A DNA stretch of 64,000 bases. Origin: Basidiobolus meristosporus CBS 931.73 (Eukaryota; Fungi; Basidiobolomycota). Of this stretch, positions 50,901-63,240 are shown in pieces. The translations under genes and the position numbers were made by a program. The stretch's first letter is position 1; the number at the start of each line of letters is the position of its first letter. The notes under the pieces are model-generated. The model saw nothing but the letters and a program-made list of their open reading frames with translations. It was not told the DNA's origin and ran no database searches. Where the stretch lies: NCBI GenBank assembly GCA_002104905.1, contig MCFE01000343.1:1-64000 (forward strand), in the 5' to 3' direction.

Positions 50901-53900
50901 TATATCTTCATCCTTCAGCACCTGGACCCAGGTCCTAGACCTCAATTTTCAGCACCTGAACTAGGTCCTAGATCTCAAGCTTCAGCACTTGGACCCACCT
51001 GATGGATCTCATCCTGCAACACCTGGACCCAGGTCCTAGATCTCAGCCTTTCAGCACCTGGACACAGGTCCTAGATCTCATCCTGCAGCACCTGGACCCA
51101 GGTCCTAGATTGCAACTTTCAGCACCTGGGCCAAAGTCCTAGATCTCAACTTTCAGCACCTGGAACCAGGTCCTAGATCTCAACTTTCAGTACCTGGACC
51201 CAGGTTGTTGATCTCAACCTTCAGCACCTGTACACAAGTCCTATATCTCATCTGTCAGCACCTGGACCCAGGTCCTAGATCTCAGCTTTCAACACCTGGA
51301 CACAGGTCCTAGATCTCATCCTGCAGTACCTGGACCCAGGTCCTAGATCTCAACTTTCAGCACCTGGACCCAGGTCCTAGATCTCAACTTTCAGCACCTG
51401 GACCCAGGTCCTAGATCTCAACTTTCAGCACCTGGGGCCAGGTCCTAGATCTCAACTTTCAGCACCTGGGGCCAGGTCCTAGATCTGAACTTTCAGCACC
51501 TGGGGCCAGGTCCTAGATCTCAACTTTCAGCACCTGGACTCAGGCCTTGGATCTCAACTTCAATCACTTGGACCTATATCATGGATGACAAGTCTCATTT
51601 AGTAGAGCAATATGTGACATGACAACCTCTGGCATCTGGAGCCCATGTCTCTTCCCTTATCTCCCAGACCTAGGTTGTGGATGAAACTCTTCATTTTTTT
51701 GAGCAATGTCCAAAATGTCCACCATCAGCATCTGGACCCAGTCCCTAAATCTCAAATTTAAGAATTTGGACAAAGGTCTGGGTTACCAAGATGCAGGTTG
51801 TAGATCTCAACCTTCAGCACCAGGATCCAGGTCCTAGATCTCAACCTTCAGTACTTGGACCCAAGTCATGGATTTTATCCTTCAGCAGCTGGGCCCAGGT
51901 CATAATTACTTCTTCACACCAGGACCCAGGACCTAGATCTCAACCTTCAGCACCAGGATCCAGTTCATGGATATCCACTTTCAGCACCTGGACCCAGGTC
52001 ATGGATCTCCACTTTCAGCACTTAGACCCAGGTCATTATTCTTATTGTTCAGCACCTGTGCCCAGGACTAGATCATCCTTCAGCACCTGGATCCAGGTCA
52101 TGGACCTTGTCCTTCATCACCTGCACCCAGGTCCTATATCTCAAATTTCAGCCTGGGCCAGGTCTAGATCTCATTCTTCAGCTTAAGGTTGTAGAACTCT
52201 ACTTTGAGCACCTGGATCCAGGTCCTAAGTCTCAGGTTCAGCATCTGGACACAGGTATAGATATCATCCTTCATCATGGCCTTATCCTTCATCACCTGGA
52301 CCAGTCTTAGATCTCAACTTTCAGCACCTGGGCACATGTCCTAGATCTCATCCTTCAGACCTGGACACAGGTCCTAGATCTCTCTACAACACTGGCACAG
52401 GTCCTAGATCTTATCCTTCAGCACTGGACCAGATGCTGGACCTAGGTTCCAGGTCTAGTCCTTCAACACCTGGTCCCAGGTCTTATATTCAACTTTTGCC
52501 ACCTGCACCCAGGACCTTAACACCATCTTTGCACCCGGATCCAGATTATGGCTTTGTTCTTCAGCACCTGGGCCATGTCCTAGACTCAAGCGTTCAGCAC
52601 TGGGGCCATGTCCTAGATCTCAAGCTTCAGCACCTGGACCCAGTTGTTGATCTCAACCTTCAGTACTGGACACAGGTCCTAGACTCATCCTTCAGCACTG
52701 GACCAGGTTGTGATCTCAACCTTCAGCACTGTACACAAGTCCTATATCTCATCCACCAGCACCTGGACCCAGGTCCTAGATTCAGCTTTCAGCACCTGGA
52801 CACAGGTCCTAGATCTCATCCTGCAGAACCTGGACCCAGGTCCTAGATCTCAACTTTCAGCACCTGGGGCCAGGTCTTAGATCTCAACTTTCAGCACCTG
52901 GACTCAGGTCTTGGATCTCAACTTTGATCACTTGGACCTAGATCATGGATGACAAGTCTCATTTAGTAGAACAATATGTGACATGACAACCTCTGGCATC
53001 TGGAGCCCATGTCTCTTCCCTTATCTCCCAGACCTAGGTTGTGGATGAAACTCCTCATTTTTTGAGCAATGTCCAAAATGTCCACCATCAGCATCTGGAC
53101 CCAGGCCCTAAATCTCAAATTTAAGAACTTGGATAAAGGTCTGGGTTACCAAGATGCAAGTTGTAGATTCAACCTTCAGCACCAGGATCCAGGTCCTAGA
53201 TCTCAACCTTCAGTACCTGTACCCAAGTCATGGATTTTATCCTTCAGCAGCTGGGCCCAGGTCTCAAATTACTTCCTTCAACACCAGGACCCACAACCTA
53301 GATCTCAACCTTTGGCACCAGGACCTGGGTCCTAGTTCTCAACTTTCAGCACCGGTTCCAAGGTCCTAGGTCTCATCCTTCAGCACATGGTCCCAGGTCA
53401 TGGCTGTTATCCTTCAGCACCTGTACCTAGGTCCTGGATAACAAATCTCATTTAATAGGGCAGTATCTGACATGTAAACATCCAGCATCTTGAGCCCAGG
53501 TTTGAAATCTCTTTCCTTATCATCTACACCTAGGTTATGGATGATACTCCTCAATTTCTTGAGCAGAGTCAAACTTGTCATCATTCAGCACCTGGACCCA
53601 GGTCCTAGATCTAAACTTTCATCACTTCAACCCGGGTCCTGGATCTTAGGTTGCATTAGCATGTCTGGGTTCTGGATGTCAACTCTGATTAAACTGAGCA
53701 ATATTGAATATTTCACCTTCTGGCACCTTGAACTCAGGTCCTACATCTTTACATTTATCACCCCAACATAGGTTCACAATCTTGGCTATTATCACCTATA
53801 ACCAGGTCCAAGATATCCACCTTCAGCACCTTGATCCTGGTCCAGATATCAACCCTTATTTAATAAGCAATATTCAAAATTTCAAATTTCACAAATTGAA

Positions 53901-56900
53901 CATAGGTTTTATATATGACCTTTTATTGCTTAGACCCAGGTCCATGTTATTAGCTTGCATTACCATGCTCAGGTTTTAGAATGAAATATAATCAAATTGC
54001 ACTATATCCAACATTATAACTTTAGGTACCTTGAGCCCAGGTCCTACATTCCTACTTTCATCACCTTAAACCAGGTTCTACATCAATGCCCTCTTCACTT
54101 GGACAAAGGTCCTGGAAGACAACCCACATTTTGTGGAGAAATATCCAAAGCTTTACTTTCTGCACCTGAACCCACATCCTATATCTCCACTTTCATAATT
54201 TGGACCAAGGTTCTAAATCTTAGCCTGCACTGCCATGTCTAAATCCTGGATATCAACCCTGATTGATTTGGGCAATACTCAACATTACAACTTTCAACAT
54301 CTTGAACCCAGGTCCCGCATGTCAAGTTTCATGACCTGGGCCCAGGCTCAGGATATTAGCTATCATCACCTATACTCAGGTACCAGATATCTACCTTCAA
54401 CCCTTTAACCTGGTCCTGGATAGTAACCCTCATTGTATCAAGTAATATCCCAAACTTTCAGCACCCAGACCCTGGTCCTGCATCTCAGCTTTCATCACTT
54501 GGACCCAGGTCTGGGATCGTAGCTTGCATTACCAAGCTGAGGTTCTAGGTACAAAATGTCATTACATTGAGCAATATTCAACAGCTTAGCTTTTAGCACC
54601 TTGAAACCTGGCCTGGGATCTTAGCTTGCATTACCAAGCTCAGGTTCTAGATACAAAATATCAATAAATTGAGCAATATTCAACAGCTTTGCTTTTAGCA
54701 CCTTCAGACCTGGTCTTGTATCTCAGAGTACATATACACAGGTTCAAGATCCTAGCTGTGATCATCTAAGCTCAGGTCTTGGATATGAAGTTTAAGCACC
54801 TTAACCCTGTCCTTGATATCAACCCTCATCTTATTGAGTAATATCCACAATTTCAACTTTCAGCTACTTGAACAAGGGTTGTACATATCAAATTTTGTCA
54901 CCTGGACCCCAGCTCAAGATCTTACCAATCATCATGCCTGCTCAGATCCTAGATATCTACTTTCAGCACCTTGACATTGGTCTTGGATATTAGCACCTAT
55001 TGCATTGAGCAATATGCATAATCTTAACATTACACACTTTGACTCCAGTTGTAGATCTCACAATACATCACATTGCCTAGGTCTATGAATATCCATTATT
55101 ATAATTTTCAGCATCTTGACTAAGATTTTATATCTTAGATTGCAACAAATTGGCTATGTCTGGTATATACTTGTTATAATGAGCAGTATCAAAGATTAAA
55201 ACTTTTGCCACCTTGACAGAGTTATAGATCTAACATTAATCATTGGTACCCAGGTAGATCTGTTGCATTATTATTATGTCCTGAGCTGTGATATTAACTA
55301 TCATTGAGTGGTGCAGTATATAAGATAACTTTTTCTAGTGCCTTGGCCATAGTTGTAAGTCTCAACCTTCCTCACTTGGACCCAGGTCCTAGATTTTAGC
55401 TTGCATTACTATGTCCATTTCCTGGATACCAAATCTCATTAAATTGAGCAATATCCAACAATTTGGGTTTTAGCACCTTGAGCCCTGGTCCTACATCTCA
55501 ACTTTCATCACCTGAATCCAGGCCCTAGATGTCAACTTTTGGCACCTTGACCCAGGTTCTGGATACTAGCGCTCAAAACATTGGGCAGTATCATCAACTA
55601 CAGCTTGCAGCACCCAGGTCCTAGACCTCAACTTTTAACACTTGGACCCAAGTTCTAAATCTTAGCTTGTATTGCTATTCACAGGTCCTGGATATCAAAT
55701 CTTATTAAAAAAAGTAACATCCAACAACACAACTTTCAACACCTTGAGCCCAGGTACAACATCACAACTTTTATCACCTGTATTTAGGTCTTAGATCTTG
55801 GCTCTTATTGCCTCAGCTAAGGTCCTGGCTATCAACCCTCATTACATTGAGCAGTATGTAAGATTGCAACTTTCAGGAACTGGACTATTTCTTAGATTTA
55901 AACCTACATTACATGCCCTGGTCCTGAATTTGTATGCTCAAGAAATTGAGCAATATCCAGTATTTTAACTTTCTGCATCTGGACCAAGTTGTTGGATGCC
56001 ACCCTTCATCATTATGCAAAGGTCCTGGAGATCAACTACCCTTGCATTGAGTAATATCCAAGATTGCAACTTCCAGCACCTTAGTCAAGGTCCTTGATAT
56101 CATTTTATATTACCAGGTGCAAGTCCTGAATACTAACTTTCATAATACTGAGCAATGTCAATGATCACAACTTTCAGCACATGGACTCAGGTCTGAGGTC
56201 TCAACTTGCATCATAATGCCATGGCACTGGATTCCCAGTTTCATTACATTGAGCAATATGCATAGTTACAACTTTCAGCACCTGGACCCAAGTTTCAGAT
56301 CTCAATTCTCATGAGATTGAGCAATATTCAATATTACAACCTTCAGCATCTAGACCAAGGCTCTATATCTCAGTTACATTACCTTGCCTAGGCCCTGGAC
56401 TTCCACTGTTGTTACATGGAGCAATATGCATGATCAAAATTATTGGCACCTTGATAAAGGTTTTAGATCCAAAATTTATCACCAGGACCAAGGTAGATCT
56501 GAACTGGTCTCACTATGCCCAGGTCCTTGATGTCAGCCACTTCACTCCAGGCCCATCCTAAATCTCTATTTTTGTATTGGATCACTATTCCAGGGGCAGG
56601 AACTTTTGATAAGTCTTTTCTCTATTTGTCTTTGCTATTTTGTTAAAGCAGCTGTGTTCATGAGGGTAATATATTTCATGATCAGCACAATGGTGCTGAT
56701 ATATTGCTTTTAGCTGAGTTGTTGCAGGCTTGGATATTCTCATGTACAAGTCATTGGTATCTTATAAAGCCTAGATGGGTTGACTTTAAACCACAGTAAA
56801 CAATTTATATAGGCTTGTTGCACCTCCCATCAAATTACTAATCCCACTATGCTCTATTATTTGGCCTCATTAGCCTATAAATTCTACCAAAAAGAATTTG

Positions 56901-56939
56901 AAAGCCAGATTCATCAGAGCCAAGCACCATAACCTGCAT

Positions 56940-58600
56940 AAATCAAAGTTCAGTAATTCAGAAGCTTGCTTTGGCAGCAGAGAGAATAGTATACATACCC
57001 AAGCCCAGATATCACAAGATATTGAATACACAAGATGCCTTTAAATGCACTGATAAAGAGAAGACTAGTATTGAGAAGACTCCTGATATTAGATATGATA
57101 TTGTGTAAGGATTGGAAAAGGGTTTGGACAATGAGCCCCCCAAAGAAAAACATCTGGTACTAGAGCAGATTCATTCATACTATCCTGGATTCAGGCATGC
57201 ATACTGGTCCTGGACTGGCATTAAACTACTTTGAAAATATCTTATGAAGTATAGACACTATCCAAGACAGTAAACCAGGAACCATTATACAAGGAAATGT
57301 TAAGTTATAAAGAGCCTGACTCTGGTATGGCAGACAGTTCCCAACAAGTGGCATAGCAGTAGCTAGTAGCTAGTAAAAGGCCAGAATGTAAATAAGTCCT
57401 TTGACACTAATCTGAAAATTTACAACTTCCTATATGTGTATACTGGATTTCATGTAATTTGGGAGTTTTAATACTTTGATAGAAGATAATACTTTCACTT
57501 TCAGTGTACTTTATGAGCTTCAGCTGAGAAGGGCTGTAAATTGCTCTGCTAGCTATTATTAGATGTTTCTTGACAAATTGGCTTATTTCCTACAATGGAC
57601 AAACTCCTTGTTTGCAAATAAATATCTTTACTGGAAACAAGCTTCCTTATTTGAAAATTCCCAACTCTGCATTAACCTTGAGGATTTCTTAAAGAGATCT
57701 CACATGGGCCTGCTGTAGAGGGCTTCTAATGAGGACTTTACACCCAAAGGGGTGTCTAAAGGAGTTTCTTTAACATAATTGGGTCACCCAAAGGGGACTT
57801 TTCCATCAAACCAAACAAGGTCAAAGTCTGTAGAAGAGCTGTAGTTTGGTCTGTAGAACTTACTGAAAAAATAGCTGGATGGATTATGTATATGAAATCC
57901 CTGTAGGATCAAGCTCTGCAAGTGATTGCATGTGATATACACCTGCTGCAAAGCTGATATTTGTGTTTAGTCTGAGTGGATATAGTTGCAGCACCTGTGA
58001 AAATGAGATCTAATTTGATTGGCTGGATCAAAAATTGTATGTGTTTGAATGTTACAAATTATTTCAAGCTTATAAGCCATGTGAGTTTTGAGTCTTCAAT
58101 GTTTGAATGACTATAACCCCTTAAATACTGCACTGAGCAATTGTCTGAAGATGCTAGAGAACTTGTGGGGAATGAGAACAAGCCTACTACAGGCAGTTGT
58201 TTAGAGATTCTACCTAGCAACAAAGATGCAAAGTGATCCAAATGGCCATAGTAGAGTTTGTAGGTCAACAATATACTCCAGATTACTCCAGAGGGTCTTT
58301 AATGAAATGAGTGAGTAAACACATACAAGCTTTGTGGAGAGCTAATGGAGTCACTAGCCAAAGTACTGCACTGTACATGGAAGTCTCCACTGCTCAGAAC
58401 ATGTATGGGAAGGAGTGGAAAAAAGCAGGCACAAGGCTATTGGGAGGGTAGGTCTTGATAAAGCTACTAATTGAGTGTAAGGTTGGGAAAGGCACAATAG
58501 AATCACTAGTCTTATGTACCAGTCCATACAAGGAAGTAATGAGAATTATCTGAGGTTTGAAAAGAAAAAATGAGATAACTAAGAGCCTATTAATGAAATC
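56940..58600 (+). mobile_element. Decayed dispersed repeat, copy 2 (homolog of 22950-24200)
   Basis: Direct nucleotide similarity, e.g. AGAACAAGCCTACTACAGGCAGTTGT in both copies. Confidence 0.6.
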
Positions 58601-59447
58601 ATGGGGGAAGTAGATTTTCAAATTTTACCATGTTTTTCACCATAGCATGGATTCAATTTTCTTTTAACACAAAACATAAGGGATCTGTATATGCTTATGA
58701 CCACTCTCTCACATAGTTTTTAATAAGTGAGTGTGTTTTGAGCAAATTGTTATTCAAACATTGCAAGGTATATTTCTAGCTTTTACATGGTGATAATGCT
58801 GCATATATGGGACAGTTTAAAACAAGTAAAATGTCCAGCTCAAAAATAAGATAGTAGTGCCATAATGGTTATTGTTGATCAATTCTCCCTCAAGGCAGCA
58901 ACTGCTTTGCATGAAATAATATAGACTACATAATAAGAAACCATGATACTACTGTAGCAAGCTTTTTAGACATTAAACTCAAATACAGCATGAAGAATGC
59001 TTCAAAAAACATGGCCATTGTTTTTCTGCACAAATATGATATTAAGAAGTCAGTGAAATGGCATGTTTCCACTTTCATTAGTAACAGAGGTCTGAGGACT
59101 TACTGCTGCTGCTTGCTGAAGTTTTGCCACTTGGCAAGAAGCAACTAATGTGATAGAATTGGAGAGATATAATGAGACTGGCTACATGTCACTCAAGGCT
59201 AGTACTAAAACCATCAGGTATTAATGGCTATATGGCATTATCATCAAAGTATGATGCTTTTACCAAGTATCAAACTTGCATGGATTTACTGCCAATAGTG
59301 GCAGCCAGTATTCATTTTCTAGATATATTCCAATGATACCCCATCTGAAAACTTTGATGCAATCAAATGAATACTGCCAAGTTAAGTTGTACAGTTTACA
59401 CCTTGAGCAATCACATATATTTGAAGATATCTTCAATGGAGAATATT

Positions 59448-60189
59448 AGACTTGTACCATTGGATAGTGCCAAGTTGAGCCATGAGTGCCAAATGATGCC
59501 ATAGTATGCCAGGGAGGCCAAGAGTACCTTTACATGGCCACAGAGTGTGAAACACAGCTCTTCATATTCATCCAAAGCAGCCCCTGTGTTTCACACATCA
59601 TGCTGGAGAAAATCCATTTTTTGACCTTTTGTTTGGATCAAAGTTGTGCAGGATGTGTAAGAGCTCAAAAGAGTTGAAGACATGTATCTGGTACTCAATA
59701 CCCATGGCACTCCAGATCTAGCTGCTGTGGCTTGTATCATGACACAGAGGTACGTGGCACTATCTTGGTCCACTAGTGCTATCAAACATTATATTTAAAT
59801 ATTAGCCCTAAAGTAAAACCTATACTAAGAACTTATAGTTCCAGATAGTTCCAGTGGACCGGGATAGTGCCATGCATCTTTGTGACATGATACATACCAC
59901 AGGAGCTAGATTCAGAGTGCCATGAGTACTGAGTACCAGATGCATGTGTTCAATCTTTTTAGCTCTTCTGAATCTTGCACAACTTTGATCCAAAAAAAAA
60001 GTCAAAAAATTGATTTTTTCTAGCATGATATGCAAAACAAAGTGGCTGCTTTACATGAAGATGCAGAGCTATGTTTCACACTCTGTGTCCAAGCTTAGGT
60101 CTGCTATATCCTCTCTGGCACACGATGACACTATTTGGCAGTATTTGGCACTCATGGCTCAATGTGGCACTATCTAATGGAACAAGTCT
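59448..60189. mobile_element. 742-bp foldback element of the ATT-TSD TIR family
   Basis: Arms 59448-59776 and 59851-60189 are inverted copies around a 74-bp spacer; termini AGACTTGTACCAT / ATGGAACAAGTCT; flanks ATT / ATC. Confidence 0.8.
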
Positions 60190-60344
60190 ATCATGTTATT
60201 AGTACCTTTCAGCTGTCAGCACCATTTGAACTATCTCCCATTAGTGAACACCATGTAAGAAGGTGTAGAATCTTGCCTGTGACCAGCAGCTATCTGGAAT
60301 ACTGACCTGAAGCTTTCCTATCAATAAATTTATCATTGGTAGCA

Positions 60345-60780
60345 TCAACTATAGCTCTGGCTGCCTTGACCTTTCACCCATTTTTTTAGCAGATTTTTCT
60401 TCACTATCATATATTTGTATATATATGCATGTGTGAGCCTATTCTTGCTTTCTTTCACTCTGTCATCACTGTTCTTCAAATAACAAATCATCACATGCAT
60501 CTTGGATAATGATGTGATATTCTTGATCAAGTTTGTATATGGGAGTGCTTGCATTTTATCTCCTCTTCCTGCCTTGCTACATATCAACTCTTTATGAAGC
60601 TCCCAGAGTATGAAGCATAGACAAATAGTCTTTACACTCTTTGTTGTTATTATATCAAGTTTCTGCTATGGCAGGCAGAGAACCATATGCTCTGGCTAGT
60701 GCTGGTAAAAGTGCCATTCAAATACCACTACAAGCCTCTCATGTAGTAGCAGTAAATACATCATGTTGGCATTGGAGAGC
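60345..60780 (-). mobile_element. Second CACTA/EnSpm-type transposase remnant
   Basis: VVVFEWHFYQH..SVKTI....W...E..CS...QALPYTNLIKNIT is homologous to 24490-24882. Confidence 0.6.
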
Positions 60781-60791
60781 TGCTTTCAAAG

Positions 60792-61372
60792 TCTTATGAT
60801 CTGCACTTGAATGTTTAAGTTAGATCAGTTTTTAGTCAAATCAATTAGTATATGCTTAGGTTAGCAGTATATCAGTATTATCTATGAAATCAGTAGCATT
60901 AGTCAGCAAATGAATCAGCAGATCCTTATCAGACAGAAATAGATATATTAGACTTGTTCCATTGCGCCATTGATCATAGTGCCAGAAAGTGCTGTATATT
61001 TTGTAATTAATTTGATATTTTAGGGTCATATGCATGTTAATTTTGATCCCAAATTGGCACTATATGGCACCATCTGGCACTCTGTGGCATGATCAGGCAC
61101 CATCTGGCATGCTTTGGCACTATTGGGCACTATGATCAGCTGGAATGATGGAACAAGTCCATTAAGTAGGATCTTATTGGGTGATGATGATGCAATCAGA
61201 TGAGTCATCAGCCACAACCTACATTAGGAAATACAATTAGTCAGCAATTGATCTGGCAAAATATATGTAAGAAGCTGCTGGAACCTCAATAAAAATCAGT
61301 TCAAGTTTTAGTGAATATAATACTAGCTAAACTCTCTATTCCTCTACAACTCTTATACCAAGACTTGTAACA
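60792..61372 (+). mobile_element. LTR family B, copy 2, interrupted by a MITE
   Basis: Colinear with 38266-38631 except for a 211-bp insertion; ends TGTAACA; no matching TSD within the window. Confidence 0.75.
60950..61160. mobile_element. 211-bp MITE, TIR (A/G)GACTTGTTCCAT, TSD ATT
   Basis: The empty site is visible in the solo LTR (ATATATTAAGT at ~38440); the filled site has ATT on both sides and 12-bp perfect inner TIRs. Confidence 0.85.
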
Positions 61373-62240
61373 TTGGTCTCATGATCACATGATAGCCATG
61401 AACACCCATGCCAAGTTTCAGCTTCCTAGCTGAATTTCTAAGAGATTCCTTCTGGAACCTCCTACCACCTTCCAGAAAGTTCCTGACCATTCCAAACCAT
61501 TGTTACACAATTGAACATTCCATGGAAGCTTCCCATCGTATTTTTCATAGTCCAGTACCATATATGGAAATACCAGATCACATGACCTAGTCACATGATC
61601 AGGTGACCCATCCATTTCCCCATCCTGTTTCAGTACCTTGCCTTCTATATTATTATTCCCAGCACAGTGCTGCGCCTCACCCCACAACCCCATTAGTATT
61701 AGCCAATATCTCTTGGCATCAGTATAACCAAAAAGTATATATAGTCCTATTCCCCCTTAAGTATTACTCAGTCTGATAAACACAGGTCTTGAATAAACAG
61801 CCTTGCCTTGATGATCCACACCTAAGTCCTTTCCTGGTCCTGCCTTGCCTAGCTCTACTCTCCTGCCTTGTGTCTATTCATAACAGTTTTATCAGACTCT
61901 CCTGACTTACCTGTGGATCCCTGCCTTCTGCCCAAAGTTTGAAGAAAACTTGTAAAAGGAATACTCACCTTAGGTATAACCCATCATCTTTCCCTAGTCT
62001 TGTCCTATAAAGGCAAAGATACTTTATCTTTGTAAGACTATTGGTCAAAGCTGCATTCACTTTATTACCCTGCTGGTGGAGTTTACAGTTGTTACAGTAT
62101 TGGAAGCTTTAGTACAATACTCTATCAAAGGATGTTGAAACCAGTACCTTCTGAAGTGATGCTAACTTATTTAAGTTGGGGATTGTGGCTCAATAGTTGT
62201 ATTCTTGACATACTAGTGGCTTTACAAACCCACAACACAG
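61373..62240 (+). mobile_element. Probable 5' LTR/leader of a Ty3/Gypsy element
   Basis: TATA-like AAAAGTATATATAG, AATAAA, homology to 39768-40790, directly upstream of gag; exact ends unclear. Confidence 0.55.
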
Positions 62241-62291
62241 TATAGTATATTCCAGTATTCCTTGCAAGTTCATCCGCCTTTCTCTGCTACC

Positions 62292-63223
62292 ATGTCCAAC
62301 CTGGAGCTGAACTTTGCCCAGCTCATGGCTGCTTTTACCCAACTGCAGCAAGACCATGCAGACATCAAAAACACTTTTGCTCAGTTCCAGAACCAAAATG
62401 TCCGCAGACTAGCCATGTCCCAGTCTACCAAGAACCCAAGTATACTCCTGCTACCAAGTCCAATGGCTCTCAGAATGAATTCCGCGGCTTCATCAACATG
62501 GTAAAGAACAATCTTGCACTCCAGACCAACCAGTACCCCACTGACCAGGCCAAAGTTGGTTTCCTCTCCAACCTGCTTACTGGTACATCTCTCAAGCGGT
62601 TCTCCCCATTAGTGGAGACCAACTCTCCCCTCCTCAGAGACTACCAAGCTTTTCTCACTGAAATGGAGCTAACATTTGGTAACCTTGACCAAGCCAGAAC
62701 TTCTGCCAACAAGATCAAGACCCTCAAACAAGGGAACAAACCAGCATCAGTCTATGCCTCAGAACTCTGACAACTCTCCAGGGACCTCAGCTCCTGAGGT
62801 CAAGCAGCCTTGATAAGCTAATTCCAAGATGGCCTTAATGATGAAGTCTGTGATCTGCTACTCCTACTCCCAGATCCAGGTACATTGGTTGAAGCTATGC
62901 ACCAAGCAATCCGGTGTGACAACAGACTATTCCAGAAGAAGCAAAAGAACCGTCAAAGACACATTCCTGTTGCAGTCCCAGCCCCTCCTGCTCCCCAAGT
63001 CACTCCAGAAGATCCTATGCAGATTGATAGTGCCAAATACAAGAAACTATCAAAGAGTGAAAAGTCCAGATGTCAACAAGCCAACCTCTGTCTATACTGT
63101 GGCCAACCAGGTCACTTTGCCAAGTCCTGCCCCAGCAAGCAGTCCAGCTACAAGCTGATGCAGTCCTCCAGTAACCAACCTGACTCAGATCTGTTGGGAA
63201 ACTCCAATGTCCAGTTGCACTGA
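62292..63223 (+). pseudogene. gag: Ty3/Gypsy gag (one frameshift, three stops) with CCHC zinc knuckle
   Basis: PxKxNGS..EFRGF, YPTDQAKVGF, KQGNKPASVYASE, FQDGLNDEV, DPMQID, CLYCGQPGHFAKSC. Confidence 0.9.
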
Positions 63224-63240
63224 CAGGCTTGCAACTGGAC
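63196..63240 (+). promoter_or_regulatory. -1 programmed ribosomal frameshift signal (G GGA AAC plus 11-bp stem-loop)
   Basis: Slippery heptamer 63196-63202 in the gag frame, 6-nt spacer, GTCCAGTTGCA / TGCAACTGGAC perfect stem with a 10-nt loop; the -1 frame is the protease frame. Confidence 0.85.

Larger units (their letters stand above)
34900..56520 (-). repeat. 34-bp satellite, right array in opposite orientation (CAGCACCTGGACCCAGGTCCTAGATCTCAACTTT)n with variant domains
   Basis: Reverse complement of the left monomer. Degenerate 34.9-43.2 kb, 98-bp HOR 43.3-47.95 kb, homogeneous 47.95-53.45 kb, degenerate to 56.5 kb. Confidence 0.9.

Noticed and set aside
26179-54242. Many Pro/Ser/His-rich ORFs (HLDPGPRS..., QVLDLNFHH...) in the ORF track
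   Set aside because: They are translations of the 34-bp satellite; the period is not a multiple of 3, so the three frames cycle and no gene signals are present.
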